Origin: Octopus vulgaris
Taxonomy: Eukaryota
DNA length: 64,000 bases
Assembly: GCA_951406725.2 (NCBI GenBank)
Contig: OX597839.1
Location: forward strand, 27,218,001 to 27,282,000
Direction: 5' to 3'
Shown: one piece after another, positions 1 to 15,348 of the stretch
Numbering within the stretch: the stretch's first letter is position 1
Layout of the letters: each line of letters starts with the position of its first letter
The notes under the pieces: model-generated
Database searches by the model: none
The model's input: only the letters and a program-made list of their open reading frames with translations
Told to the model about the DNA's origin: nothing
Position numbers and translations under genes: made by a program

Positions 1-187
1 ATATATATATATATATGAGTAAAAATTTCTAAAATCTTTATTACCCTGATATTATTAATTATATATAGAGATATAGTTGGAATTTACCAAAAAACAAAAA
101 AACAAAAACAAAAATAAACAAAACAAAAGACTGGAGACGTGTGTAGACAACAGATGTATTAGTTTAGCGCTCGGGAAGTGAGAAAGT

Positions 188-223
188 CTTTTACGTTTCG
201 AGCCTACGCTCTTCCACAGAAAG
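188..223 (-). ncRNA. degenerate minimal hammerhead-like motif (family H2)
   Basis: Minus strand: CTTT CTGTGGA A GAGC GTAG GCTC GAAAC GTA AAAG. Stems I and II are intact but the core deviates from CUGANGA. Confidence 0.5.
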
Positions 224-731
224 GGACACAGAAATAAACAGAGAGAGAAAATAAAAAAAAAGGTTTAGTGATGCCCCAACATGGCCACAGTCTAATGACT
301 GGAACAAGTAAAAGATACACACACACACACACACGCACACACACACACACACATGCACACACACACACATACATACAGGTGAGTACATAAGTGCAAAACA
401 AGGTGGCAAAAATAGTACTCAAATACCAAAGGTAGGGTAATTTGCCTTTATTAAACCTGCAAAATTCTTTTCTACTCTAGGCACAAGACCCGACATTTTG
501 GGTCAAAAGGGGTCAATTAAGCCTGCAAAGTTACTACAAAAACTGTTGCTCAGATTGCATGTGTCCGTCCGTTCGTCCAGACAGTTTTGATGAAAACTCT
601 CAGTTACAGCTTTGAGATAATTTTGCTGCTTTAGTAAAAGTATTTATATATTTTTTTCTACAGAATTAGGATAAAATCATTATTTAATGATTTATCAGTG
701 GCCAGCATAGTAAAAATGCCATAATGGTTAA

Positions 732-1131
732 TCTTTATATATAAAAGTGAAGTTGTGTGTCTGTCTCCTACGATTTAGATTCCTAACTACTCCCACATTT
801 TGCGGTGCAGTTTAACCAAAACCGGGTATCTTATAGTCGTGATTCATATCGAGCCCTTCTGGGTATTAGCGCGCGTCTACGATGAGTCGAGTCTACGATT
901 TAAAAAAAAATTTACCATCATTTTTTTCCATTTTAATGAATTTTTTTCGCTATTATATAAGGGAAGTAACTCTCTAAAAAATGTCTACGATGAGTCAACG
1001 ATTTAAAAAAATTTACCATCATTTTTTTCCATTTTTAATGCATTTTTTGCTATTTTTTGGCTATAACTCTCTAAAAATGCTTTATAGTTATTTCCCTTAC
1101 AAACCCAAGCAACGCCGGGCGATACTGCTAG
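732..1131 (+). mobile_element. non-autonomous Helitron
   Basis: A|TC start (tctttatatataaaa), subterminal hairpin cccaagcaacgccggg, CTAG|T end, internal ~100-bp tandem duplication. Confidence 0.75.
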
Positions 1132-1138
1132 TGTTCAT

Positions 1139-1333
1139 TAAAATTATAATAAGGGTGCTGAATGACTACAAAACCAGTCTGCTAGAAATAGACCCCAAAT
1201 GGTCTATGAACCACTTAGATTATTACTCCACTACATAGGGTTGTAAGCAAGGAAAATAGACAGTGAGGATTTATTTGGGGTCTATTTCTAGCAGACTGGT
1301 GCTGTAATCATTCAGTACCCTTTTATAGTTTTA
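1139..1333. mobile_element. MITE with ~61-bp imperfect terminal inverted repeats
   Basis: 1139-1200 (taaaattataataagggtgctgaatgac...gaccccaaat) is the reverse complement of 1273-1333. Confidence 0.7.
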
Positions 1334-1585
1334 CATATATAAATATATATCATCATCATCGTTTAACGTCTGCTTTCCATGCTAGATGGTTACACCAGAC
1401 TCCAATTTGATCTGGCAGAGTTTCTACAGCTGGATGCCCTATATATATACTCTTTTACTCTTTTAGCTGTTTCAGTCATTTGACTGCGGCCATGCTGGAG
1501 CACCGCCTTTAATCGAGCAACTCGACCCCGGAACTTATTCTTTTGTAAGCCCAGTACTTATTCTATCGGCCTCTTTTGCCGAACC

Positions 1586-1716
<131 letters not shown>

Positions 1717-2080
1717 TTAGATTTACTGAATGCGCTTCCAAATAGTTCCAGCCAAATTGTCTTCAGCTTGGTATTTATCTCCACTCCCTCCTGTTCCTCC
1801 TCCTCCTCCTCTTCCCCTTCTTCTTCTTCTTCTTCTTCCTCTTCTCCTTCCACTCTTTCCTCCTCTTCTTCATTTGTTGCGCATGGCATAACATCCAATC
1901 CTTGTAAATAGTGAAGTCTTGGGGAAACAAAACAAACAAATAAATAAAAAGGAAAAAAATAACATATACATATGCATATATATATATTCATGTATATATA
2001 TATGTGTGTATATATATGTATGTATATATATATATATATATATGTGTGTATATATCTATATATATACATATATATATATG

Positions 2081-2147
<67 letters not shown>

Positions 2148-2203
2148 TTATTTTTTTATTTTATCTAGTTTCAGCTCACGAGCTGTGGCCATGCTGGGGC
2201 ACC

Positions 2204-2441
<238 letters not shown>

Positions 2442-2596
2442 CATATATATGTATATACATATATATGTATATATATATATGTATATACATATATATGTAT
2501 ATATATATATGTATATACATATATATGTATATATATATATTGTATATACATATATATGTATATATATATATATGTATATACATATATATGTATATA

Positions 2597-2652
<56 letters not shown>

Positions 2653-2798
2653 AATATATATTATATATATATACACATATACACACATATATATACACAC
2701 GTGTTTATGTATGTCATTTTGCTTTGCATTTCCTGTTGGAGAAATCCTAGTAATGGCAAATAATAATTAATTTCCTCCTCTTTGGTGGTGGTTGTAGT

Positions 2799-2829
<31 letters not shown>

Positions 2830-3194
2830 CCAGCAGCAGTAGCAGTAGTAGTAGTAGTAGTAGTAGTCTTTAGTAGTTGTATCGCTTTTTGAAATGTTTC
2901 AAGGAGGTGACCCAGTTTTGTGTGATTTTAAGTTCAAAGTGAATAAAGAAAATTGGTATAAAAACGCACAAAAAAAAAAAAAAAAAAGAGAAAACAAACA
3001 AAGCGAAACTCGTTAGAAATACTTCTGTCAGTCCTTAAGGAAAGCAATTATGAAATGCCATAGATGTAGATACATAACATCACCTTGAAAGAAAAAAAAA
3101 AAGGCCAAACACAGAAACAAGGGGCTGTCTGAATAGAAAGTGTGCCGAAAACCAGGAGATTCTTATTAAATTGTCAAAGAATTTACTGGTATTG

Positions 3195-3423
3195 GAGAGC
3201 TGGCAGAAACGTTAACGCGCCGGGTGAAATGCTTAGCGGTATTTCGTCTGCGTTACGTTGTGAGTTCAAATTCCGCCAAGGTCGACTTTGCCTTTCATCC
3301 TTTCGGGGTCGATAAATTAAGTACCAGTTACGCACTGGGGTCGATGTAACCGACTTAATACCTACGTCTGTCCTTGTTTGTCCCCTCTGTGTTTAGCCCC
3401 TTGTGGGTAGTAAAGAAATAGGT
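3195..3423 (+). mobile_element. tRNA-derived SINE family B
   Basis: gagctggcagaaacgttaac...gagttcaaattcc (B-box)...gtcgactttgcctttcatcctttcggggtcgataaattaagtaccag; many copies in the window. Confidence 0.8.
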
Positions 3424-3748
3424 ATTGGAGAGTAACAAGGATTCTTTGATTGAAACAAATGGTTTGATTCCGGATGTTTGTTGTTTTATTCTTTTACTTG
3501 TTTCAGTCATTTGACTGCGGCCATGCTGGAGCACCACCTTTTAGTCGAACAAATCAACCCCCAGGACTTATTCTTTGTAAGCCTAGTACTTATTTATCAG
3601 TCCCTTTTTGCCGAGCTGCTAGCTTATAAGGAAGTAAAACAATCCAACATTGGTCGTCAAGCAATGGTATAGGGACAAACAGACACACACACACACACAT
3701 ATATATATTAAGGTTGTCAAGAAAGTTCTTGCGGTTTTTAACCTTTAA

Positions 3749-3967
3749 CCCTTTAGTATTTAAACCGGCCATATCCGGCCAAAATAGTTAATCTGTTTTA
3801 TGTTCAAACTGACCAGATCCAGGCTCTCACACCTACCCTACAATGTTATTCTACATTAAGTAATTACACCATCAAGATCTTGAAGATATGAGATAATGCA
3901 TGATTAATACAAATCAATGGGAATCAATAAGCATTATGTTTGATTGAATAATCTGAACACTAAAGGG
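3749..3967. mobile_element. piggyBac-type MITE
   Basis: TTAA|CCCTTTAGTATTTAAA...TCTGAACACTAAAGGG|TTAA: CCC/GGG termini, TIRs and TTAA TSD (3745-3748, 3968-3971). Confidence 0.8.
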
Positions 3968-4009
3968 TTAAATTCAGATGCACATATCTCGGCTCAAACA
4001 AAAATGTAT

Positions 4010-4558
4010 TTATCGAAGTAAACACCATCAGAATCAACACACTTTTACCAACACGAAACAAGTTTATTTATGCCAGTAGCATAAAAATCCTGCGTTCTGG
4101 TGGCGATGAAGTCGTTGAAGGCGTGTTTGGCATTGTCTTGGTTTTTGAAGTATTTTTCGCACAGGAAATTGTCGAGATGCTTGAAAAAGTGGTAGTCAGT
4201 AGGCGAGAGGTCTGGTGAGTATGGCGGATGAGGCAGAGTTTCGTAGCCCCATTCATTCAACTTCTGCAGGGTCAGTTGTGCAACATGTGGCCGAGCGTTG
4301 TCGTGGAGAAGAACTGGTCCTTTTCTATTGACCAATGCTGGCTGTTCTTGTCGGAGTTTCTTGTGCATTTCATCCATTTGCTGACGGTACTTCTCCGCCA
4401 TAATGGTTTCGCCTGGATCCAAAAAGCTGTGATGGATGAGACCGGGCCGCAGACCACCAAACAGTCACCATGGCCTTCTTTTGGTGCAACTTTGGCTTTG
4501 GGAAGTGCCGTGGACCTTTGTCGGCATCCGACCACTGAGCTGAGTTCTTGTCAAGCAC
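4010..4558 (-). pseudogene. mariner DD34D transposase remnant
   Basis: KPKLHQKKAMVTVWW (frameshift)...LLHDNARPH...HPPYSPDLSPTDYHFF...LVSCW*KCVDSDGVYFD; one frameshift and one premature stop. Confidence 0.92.
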
Positions 4559-4674
4559 TGGGGGGGGGGGGGGGGAGCAATGTATCTGTCAGTCCATCTG
4601 TCCCCTTCCCTTCAAATCTGCTAGCTTTGTTGCAAAATTAGAAATAAATTATTATTATTATTATTATTATTATT

Positions 4675-4718
<44 letters not shown>

Positions 4719-4788
4719 TATTATTATTATTATATTATTATTATTATTATCATCATTATCATCATCATCATCATCATCATCATCATTA

Positions 4789-4839
<51 letters not shown>

Positions 4840-4961
4840 TACTACTACTAAAGGCAAGGTGCTGAGCTGGCAGAATCATTAGCATGCTGGACAAAGTATT
4901 TAGTGGTATTTTGCAGATCTTCACGTTCTGAGTTCAAATTCCAATGCAGTCGACTGTGACA

Positions 4962-6418
4962 GTGTCTTATTCATAGGAATATTTTAACCAATCAGCATAT
5001 GGCTTAGGTGTCATGGTTTTGTGAGCGTGCCAGCCCAGTTTTGACTCTTTCACCATTTTATTCATAGAAGCATTTCAACCAATCAGAATACAGCTTAGAT
5101 GTCATGGCTTCGTGAGCATACCAACACAGCTGATATTGTCAGTATCTTATTCCTAGAAACATTTTGGCCAATCAGAATACAGCTTAGATGTCATGGCTTG
5201 GTGAGCATAGCAATACAGCTGACATTTTCAGTATCTTATTCATAGAAGCATTTCAACCAATCAGAATACAGCTTAGATATCAAGGCTTGGTGAGCATAGC
5301 AATACAGCTGACATTTTCAGTATCTTATTCATAGAAGCATTTCAACCAATCAGAATACAGCTTAGATGTCATGGCTTGGTGAGCATAGCAATACAGCTGA
5401 CATTTTCAGTATCTTATTCATAGAAGCATTTCAACCAATCAGAATACAGCTTAGATATCAAGGCTTGGTGAGCATAGCAATACAGCTGACATTGTCGGTA
5501 TCTTATTCATAGAAGCATTTCAACCAATCAGAATACAGCTTAGATGTCATGGCTTGGTGAGCATAGCAATACAGCTGACATTTTCAGTATCTTATTCATA
5601 GAAGCATTTCAACCAATCAGAATAGAGCTTAGATGTCATGGCTTGGTAAGCATAGCAATACAGCTGACATTTTCAGTATCTTATTCATAGAAGCATTTCA
5701 ACCAATCAGAATACAGCTTAGATATCAAGGCTTGGTGAGCATCAGCTGACATTGTCGGTATCTTATTCATAGAAGCATTTCAACCAATCAGAATACAGCT
5801 TAGATGTCATGGCTTGGTAAGCATAGCAATACAGCTGACATTTTCAGTATCTTATTCATAGAAGCATTTCAACCAATCAGAATACAGCTTAGATATCAAG
5901 GCTTGGTGAGCATAGCAATACAGCTGACATTGTCGGTATCTTATTCATAGAAGCATTTCAACCAATCAGAATACAGCTTAGATGTCATGGCTTGGTAAGC
6001 ATAGCAATACAGCTGGCATTTTCAGTATCTTATTCATAGAAGCATTTCAACCAATCAGAATACAGCTTAGATATCAAGGCTTGGTGAGCATAGCAATACA
6101 GCTGACATTGTCGGTATCTTATTCATAGAAGCATTTCAACCAATCAGAATACAGCTTAGATGTCATGGCTTGGTGAGCATAGCAATACATCTGACATTTT
6201 CAGTATCTTATTCATAGAAACATTTTAGCCAATCAACATCTGCTTTAGATGTCATGGCTTGGTGAGCATGCCAACCCATTTAACACTTTCAGTGTCTTAT
6301 TAATACAAATATTTTAACCAATCAACACACAGCTTAGATAGACACCATGGCTTGGTGAGTGAGCCAACGCAGTTGACACTGATGGTCGTTATTCATAGAA
6401 GCATTTTAATCAATCAAA
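4962..6418. repeat. 89-bp tandem satellite, about 16 units, with degenerate edges
   Basis: Unit gtatcttattcatagaagcatttcaaccaatcagaatacagcttagatgtcatggcttggtgagcatagcaatacagctgacattttca starts at 5231, 5320, 5409, 5498 and so on. Confidence 0.95.
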
Positions 6419-6738
6419 GACATTCGTCAAGGATTCGGGCGATTGTTAAAAGAATGTTTGATAAATAAACCTTGTGATTGATTGAAGATGCTGGAAATAG
6501 AAAGATGAATTCTTTTTGCTTCATTGAAGATGGATAAAAAGGTTAGATCTAAGTAAATGGAAGTTAATGGAGAAATGTCGGTGATTTGTTAGGTTTTTAA
6601 CTTGGTAAGTTAAATGTGCTAAGTTAAAAGGGAACCATTACCGTTGCAGAGTTGCCAAATACCATCAACGAAATGACAGTGGATGGTTAAGAATTTAGAC
6701 CTCTAGAAATTTTTTAATGGTTGCCAAGAATTAAGAAA

Positions 6739-6772
<34 letters not shown>

Positions 6773-6875
6773 GGAGAAAAGGAAAGAAAATTGATAGAAT
6801 TTAAATGTCATCAACATAACTTTCATAGACATCTGTCTGCCTATCTATCTGTCTGTCTGTCTGTCTCTCTGTCTG

Positions 6876-6906
<31 letters not shown>

Positions 6907-6978
6907 CTCATTCTGTCTATCTGTCTGTCTGTCTATCTATCTATCTAGCTGTCTGTCTGTCTGTCTATCTGTTTGTCT

Positions 6979-7010
<32 letters not shown>

Positions 7011-7325
7011 ATCTATCTATCTATCTATCTATCTACCAATAGTGTTGGTTGTAGTAGTGTTGGTGGTGGTGGTGGCTGTAGTGGCCATGGTAGTAGTAGT
7101 AGTAGTGTCGGTTGTAGTGGTCATGGTGGTAGTAATAGTAGTAGAAGTAGTAGTATTAGTAGTAGTGGTGGTTGTAGTAGTGTTTGTGCTAGAAGTGTTC
7201 ACAGTGTATTTGTTGTAAATGTCCATTCTGTCCACGTGCCTAATACTGTGTCTTTGGGATTCCTTTCTCTCCCATATCTCTAACAATAAAATCTCTTGAT
7301 TCTCCTCTCACGGCCATTCTACGGT

Positions 7326-7933
7326 TACTCTCTCTTTTACTCTCTTTTACTTGTTTCAGTCATTTGACTGCGGCCATGCTGGAGCACCGCCTTTAGTCGA
7401 GCAACTCGACCCCGGGACTTATTCTTTGTAAGCCCAGTACTTGTTCTATCGGTCTCTTTTGCCGAACCGCTAAGTGACGGGGATGTAAACACACCAGCAT
7501 CGGTTGTCAAGCAATGCTAGGGGGACAAACATAAACACACAGACATACACACACACACACTTATATATATATATATACATATATACGACAGGCTTCTTTC
7601 AGTTTCCGTCTACCAAATCCCCTCACAAGGCATTGGTCGGCCCGGGGCTATAGCAGAAGACACTTGCCGAAGATGCCAAGCAGTGGGACTGAACCCGGAA
7701 CCATGTGGTTGGTTAGCAAGCTACTTACCACACAGCCACTCCTATGTCTATATATATATATACATGTATACGACGGGCTTCTTTCAGTTTCCGTCTACCA
7801 AATCCACTCAGAAGGCATTGGTCGGCCCGGGGCTATAGCAGAAGACACTTGCCCAAGGTGCCACACAGTGGAACTGAACCGGAACCATGTGGTTGGTAAG
7901 CCAGCTACTTACCACACAGCTACTCCTGCGCCT
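7326..7933 (-). mobile_element. tRNA-derived SINE family A (CORE-like), full copy plus a second head
   Basis: Minus strand: ggagtggctgtgtggtaag...gggttcagtcc...cttgggcaagtgtc (CORE-like), internal (TA/TG)n, tail ...gactgaaacaagtaaaagag. Confidence 0.85.
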
Positions 7934-9964
7934 ATCTTGACTTCCTTTATATTTTTATTTTATATTTTTTTTTTTGCCTTTTGGAACTCTGTCAAATCTG
8001 AGTCCATTTTAAGCTTGTTGTTGTTGTTGTTGTTGGTGGTGGTGGTGTTGTTGGTGTTGCTTAAGTCTCAAACAGGGTTCAAGTGAGCAAGCTGTGAGTG
8101 ATGTGCTGAATAATGGTTAAAGAATGACGGGAGGTATCATAGACAAGGTATGTCGTTAGTTGAGACAGTGTAAATGGATGACAACTGTTTATCAAAATAC
8201 CAATTAGTCATTTTGTAATTAAAGGTGTCGTTTGTCTCTAATTAGCTGGTTTGAGTCAACTCTGCTTGATAAGCTGTGAATGTTGTTGTTCATTGTGGTG
8301 GTGGTGGTTGTGGTGGTAGTGGTTGTGGTGGTAGTGGTTGTGGTGGTGGTGGTGGTTGTGGTTGTGGTGGTGGTGTGGTGGTGGTAGTGGTTGTGGTGAT
8401 TGTGGTGGTGGTGGTGGTGGTGGTGGTGGTGTGTAGTGGTTGTGGTGATTGTGGTGGTGGTAGTGGTTGTGGTGGTAGTGGTTGTGGTGATTGTGGTGGT
8501 GGTGGTTGTGGTGGTAGTGGTTGTGGTGATTGTGGTGGTCGTGGTTGTGGTGGTGGTGGTGGTGGTGTAGGTTTCAGTGGTGATTGTGATAGTGGTGGTG
8601 GTGGTGGTGGTTGTGATGGTGGTGGTGATGATGATGATGATGGTAATGGTGATGGTAATGGTTGTATGATGATGTTGATGATGATGATGGTGGTGATGGT
8701 TGTGATGATGATGATGATGGTGATGGTGATGGTGATAATGATGATGACATCCTTTTCCTCCTCTGTCTCCTTTTAACCTTCTTTTCCCTCTACTTCCTCC
8801 TGTTTACCCCCCCTCTCTCCCTCTCTCAATCGAGTCATTACAAATCAGTGATGTGTCACCTATCCAGTGTCATTTTGGTCTCACCTCAACAACACAGATA
8901 ATCTGAGAATCCATCATGGAGGATTTCCCTTAATCCACCTGATTATGTTACGAATGGCTTTAATCCTACCTGCCAGCCCCACCTCCACCATCACCCTACC
9001 ACAGCAACCATTGCTGATATCAACACCACACCACCACCACCACACACACAATTGCCACCACCACCACACACACACACACCACTGCCACCACCACCACACA
9101 CACACACCCACCACCACCACCACCACACACACACCACTGCCACCACCACCACACGCACACACCACTGCCACTACCACCACACACACACACACCACTGCCA
9201 CCATCACCAATACCACCACTACACTCACACATCACTACTACTGCTACCACACACACACATGCACCACCACCATCACACCACCACCATACACCACCACCAT
9301 CACCACCACCACACCACACCACTACCATCACTACTACTGCCACCACCACCACTACCACTAGTCTCAGTATCACCACTACTAATATCCCCTGTACTACCAC
9401 TGCCATCCTCACTATCTTGACAACCACCACCACCACTACTGCCACTACAACTTGTACCTCAACAATTATAACTACCACCACCACTCTCAATATTACCATC
9501 ACCACACCACTACCACCACCACCACAACACTACCACCACCACTGCAACTATCATGACCACCTCCACCACAACAACCACCACCACAACAACCACCACCACC
9601 ACAACCACCACCACCACAACCATCATCACCTATGACTTCTCCCCTTTCTTCTCCTTCCCCTGACTTCTGAGTTATTTCCCCTTGTTCCAGCATTTGGTTT
9701 ACTTTGTCATTATTCAACACTGCTTACCCCACCTTTACACACACACACACACACACACACCACTAGCAGCTGCCTCAATTATTCCTCTCTGCTATCTTCG
9801 TTCTAAACCCCATCAAATCTATCAGTTCTCACTTCACTCTTCCACGTTTAATGCCAACCAAAGTCTTTGAGAACATTTCTGCAAAACCTAATTAGGAAAA
9901 TCTAAGCCATTTGATTGGTCGGTTTAAAAGCTTGCTAATTCTTTCCTTCTTTCTTTCTTTCTTC

Positions 9965-10040
<76 letters not shown>

Positions 10041-10098
10041 TGTCTTTCTTTCCTTCTTTCTTTCCTTCTTTCTTTCTTTCCTTCTTTCTTTCCTTCTT

Positions 10099-10142
<44 letters not shown>

Positions 10143-10245
10143 TATCTCAGGTGATATTTCTGGGAAAAAAATTCACGTTAATTGCGTAGCATAATCATAT
10201 ATGGCAGGTAATGCATGTGCAGTCATACATACATACATACACAAT

Positions 10246-10295
<50 letters not shown>

Positions 10296-11053
10296 CATAC
10301 ACATACACATGCACACGCGCACACACACAAATGTATGCACACATATGCATGCATACATAAACGCATGTGCATACATACACCTACACACAGACATACACAT
10401 ACAACAAATGCATGCACACACACACACTCACACTCATGTACACTCATACACATGTACACTCACACACATGTACATACACATATGTACATACACACACTCA
10501 CACTCATGTACACTCATACACATGTATACTCACACACATGTACATACACATATGTACATACACACACTCACACACATGTACACTCATACACACACACACT
10601 CACATATGTACACACACACACTCACATATGTACACACACACATGTACACATACATGTACACACATACACACACACTCACACACATGTACACTCACACACA
10701 TGTACATACACATATGTACATACACACACTCACACACATGTACACACATACTACACACACACACACTCACATGTACACACGCAAACACTCACACACATGT
10801 ACACACATACACATACACACTCACATATGTACACACACACATGTACACACACACACACATGTACACACACACACACATGTATACACATACACACTCACAT
10901 ATGTACACACACACATGTACACACACACTCACATGTACACACATACACACACACATATGTACACACACACACACATAAGTACACACACACACATCCATGC
11001 AGATATGAATGTACAATGTCTGTATCATAATAAACCTGTTCTTTTTCAAACCT

Positions 11054-11114
<61 letters not shown>

Positions 11115-11264
11115 GATTAATGATGGGTGATGGTGGGATGATGATGATGATAATGATGATGATGTTACAGTTCTATATTTAAGAGATGAGGAATTATGTA
11201 CATTATTCACATTATTTACATTATTTACATTTGACGGATACTTGTCCTCATCTTGTTTGTTGTT

Positions 11265-11310
11265 GACACAACATTTCGGCTGATATATTCTCCAGCCTTC
11301 TTCAGGTGTC
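11265..11310 (-). ncRNA. minimal type-I hammerhead-like ribozyme (family H1)
   Basis: GACAC CTGAAGA A GGCTG-loop-CAGCC GAAAT GTT GTGTC: 5-bp stem I, canonical core, 5-bp stem II. Confidence 0.7.
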
Positions 11311-11359
11311 TTGTGGAAATTTCGAACCTGGGTTCCCATCCCTAAGGTATTTTTCGATG

Positions 11360-12563
<1,204 letters not shown>

Positions 12564-12620
12564 CCTGGAATCAAACTCGGAATCCTGAGCTTAGTAGCCT
12601 GTGGTTTTAACCACTATGCC

Positions 12621-12672
<52 letters not shown>

Positions 12673-12730
12673 TAATAATAACATTGAAAAATACCTTAGG
12701 AATGAGAACCCAGGTTTGAAATTTCCCCAA

Positions 12731-12776
12731 GACACCTGAAGAAGGCTGGAGAATATATCAGCCGAAATGTTGTGTC
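12731..12776 (+). ncRNA. minimal hammerhead-like ribozyme (family H1), inverted copy
   Basis: GACAC CTGAAGA A GGCTG GAGAATATAT CAGCC GAAAT GTT GTGTC. Confidence 0.7.
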
Positions 12777-12875
12777 AACAACAAACAAGATGAGGACAAA
12801 ATATCCATCAAATGTAAATAATGTAAATAATGATGATGATGTTGATGATGATGATGATGATGTTGATGATGATGT

Positions 12876-12907
<32 letters not shown>

Positions 12908-13562
12908 TTGATGATGATGCTTTTGGATATAAGCAGTGGCAGCAGCAGCAGCAGCATCTTTCCAAAGCAAAAAAACCCCCCAAAAATATTATTAGTCTCT
13001 GTGAATTTTTCTTGAAACTTTTTTTGAACTGTCCGTCCGTCCGTCCGTCCCTTTCTATCAAAAAACAAAAGAACAGAGCAAAAAAGCAAAAAAAAACAAA
13101 ACAAAAACAGAACAAAAATTGCCAAAGAAAAAAACAACAACCTCAACTTGGAATTGCTTGGATGCCACACCACCATACTTGCAGATCTATTAATCCCAAA
13201 AGCATTACCGGATTAACCAAAATATCATTGGTGACATCTTTTTTTTTCCCATTAAGCAAAATCACTCCCCCCCTTCTGCCGTTTCTTCCAATTATATTTT
13301 AAATAGATGACACTGTATTTCGAAGAGGTGTTAATTAAGAAAAGAGGCAGGCAGCAAAGATGGCTGATGTTACTGGGCAGTGTTTCATATGAAGATGGTG
13401 AATGTCTGAGAATATGCGATCGGCAGCATGGGTAATGATGGTTGGTTCCAGGTTCAGTCCCACTGTGTGGCACCTTGGCCAAGTGTCATCTACTATAGCC
13501 TCAGGCTGACCAAAGCCTTCTGAGTGGATTTGGTAGACGGAAACTGAAAGAAGCCCATCATA

Positions 13563-13972
13563 TTCTCTTTCTCTTTCTCTTTTCTCTTTTACTTGTTTCA
13601 GTCATTTGACTGCGGCCATGCTGGAGCACTGCCTTTAGTCGAGCAAATCGACCCCGGGACTTATTCTTTGTAAGCCCAGTACTTATTCTATCGGTCTCTT
13701 TGCCGAACCGCTAAGTGACGGGGACGTAAACACACCAGCATCGGTTGTCAAGCAATGCTAGGGGAACAAACACAGACACAAACACACACACATATATATA
13801 CATATATACGACAGGCTTCTTTCAGTTTCCGTCTACCAAATCCACTCACAAGGCATTGGTCGGCCTGGGGCTATAGCAGAAGACACTTGCCCAAGATACC
13901 ACGCAGTGGGACTGAACCCTGAACCATGTGGTTCGTTAGCAAGCTACTTACCACACAGCCACTCCTGCGCCT
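13563..13972 (-). mobile_element. SINE family A, full length
   Basis: Same head, body and tail as the 7326-7748 copy. Confidence 0.85.
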
Positions 13973-13994
13973 ATATATATATAAAAAAAAAACA

Positions 13995-14287
13995 TTCAAG
14001 CGAGATCATTGCCAGTGCCACTGGACTGGCTCCTGTGCAGGTGTCACATAAAAAGCATCATTTGAGCATGGCCGTTGCCAGTACCACCTGACTGGCCCTC
14101 GTGCCGGTGGCACGTAAAAGCACTCACTACACTCTCGGAGTGGTTGGCGTTAGGAAGGGCATCCAGCTGTAGAAACTCTGCCAGATCAGATTGGAGTCTG
14201 GTTCGCCAGACCTCAGTCAAATCGTCCAACCAATGCTAGCATGGAAAGCGGACGTTAAACGATGATGATGATGATGATGATGATGAT
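13995..14287 (+). mobile_element. SINE/RTE-related 3' segment with (GAT)n tail
   Basis: gttggcgttaggaagggcatccagctgtagaaac...gcatggaaagcggacgttaaacgatgatg; recurs near 1350, 23170, 23883, 30470 and 31030. Confidence 0.6.
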
Positions 14288-14337
14288 GTATATACGTGTG
14301 TGTGTGTGTGTGTGTACATTGTATATATATATATATA

Positions 14338-14760
14338 TCATATATAAAATCCGTTCTGTCTGTCTGTCTGTGTGTGTGTCTTCTCAGATCTCGGGCATCC
14401 TCCATCCGATTGTGCTCAACTTTGATATGTAGATACCGACGGTATCAGGGCGTGTATAAGTTTTAAAAAAATGACAAAAATCAATTCCAGGTGAGAATGC
14501 GATCGATAAAGCCGTTTTTGTCCTGCTTTTCTTCTGCCAACATGTACATAACTGCACCTTCCATTTTTTGTTGTCTTTGTACTGCTTAAAGGCACGTTTC
14601 TTCCCTACCAAGCTTAGCGGTTAAACCATGTTTGTGTTCTCCCAGTCAACAGCCTTATCATTACTGGTACTTTAAACTCTTCGGTTGAATATTTGTGTGA
14701 ATAAAATCGTTTTTCTTTGGAATAGAAAAAAAGTCTGTCTTTATTTCTCCTTTTGCTGGT
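14338..14760 (+). mobile_element. Helitron-like 5' portion
   Basis: tc-atatataaaa start followed by (TCTG)n, like the 732 element; 3' CTAG end not seen, so the end coordinate is approximate. Confidence 0.4.
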
Positions 14761-14928
14761 GTCTCAAATTTAGGTTAAATCAGTGTTTCTCAAAGGGGAG
14801 GCCTATGGGACAGTCGGACAAGTTGTTTTGAGAAAATTTGGTTTAAATGTTTGACAACCCAGCACCGTCCATTGGATGGGGGGGGGGGGGCATTTTGTTC
14901 ATATATGTATATATACACATATACATGC

Positions 14929-14959
<31 letters not shown>

Positions 14960-14967
14960 CATATACA

Positions 14968-15008
<41 letters not shown>

Positions 15009-15235
15009 ACATATACATACACACACACACATGCACATATACACACACACAATATATATATCTATATCTATCTATCTATTTATCTATCTATATATATATA
15101 TATATATATATAGGGAGAGTTTACGAAAAAAAAAAAACAAAAGACGAAGACAGGTGGTGTACAAAACAAACAGATGTATTAGTATAATGCTCAGGAATAG
15201 AAAAAGTCTTTTATGTGTGTAGTGGCTAACAATCT

Positions 15236-15278
<43 letters not shown>

Positions 15279-15348
15279 CTATATTTATTTACATATGTAT
15301 GTACATTGACCTGTATCTTTCTTTCTTTCTTTCTTTCTGTACTTGCAG

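Larger units (their letters stand above)
3708..4558 (-). mobile_element. decayed mariner (Hsmar1/SETMAR-like) transposon, 5'-truncated
   Basis: TIR ttaaggttgtcaagaaagttcttgcggttttt at 3708 next to (TA)n resembles the Hsmar1 TIR; transposase remnant lies within; interrupted by a TTAA element. Confidence 0.85.

Noticed and set aside
538-592. Hammerhead-like fold on minus (aaaactgt...acagtttt)
   Set aside because: A closing stem exists, but the core and GAAA are too degraded to call.
4045-4422. SETMAR host gene exon
   Set aside because: Frameshift, premature stop, adjacent TIR and no SET domain indicate a decayed transposon.
4962-6418. CRISPR-like array
   Set aside because: Units are contiguous with no unique spacers, the context is eukaryotic and there are no cas genes.
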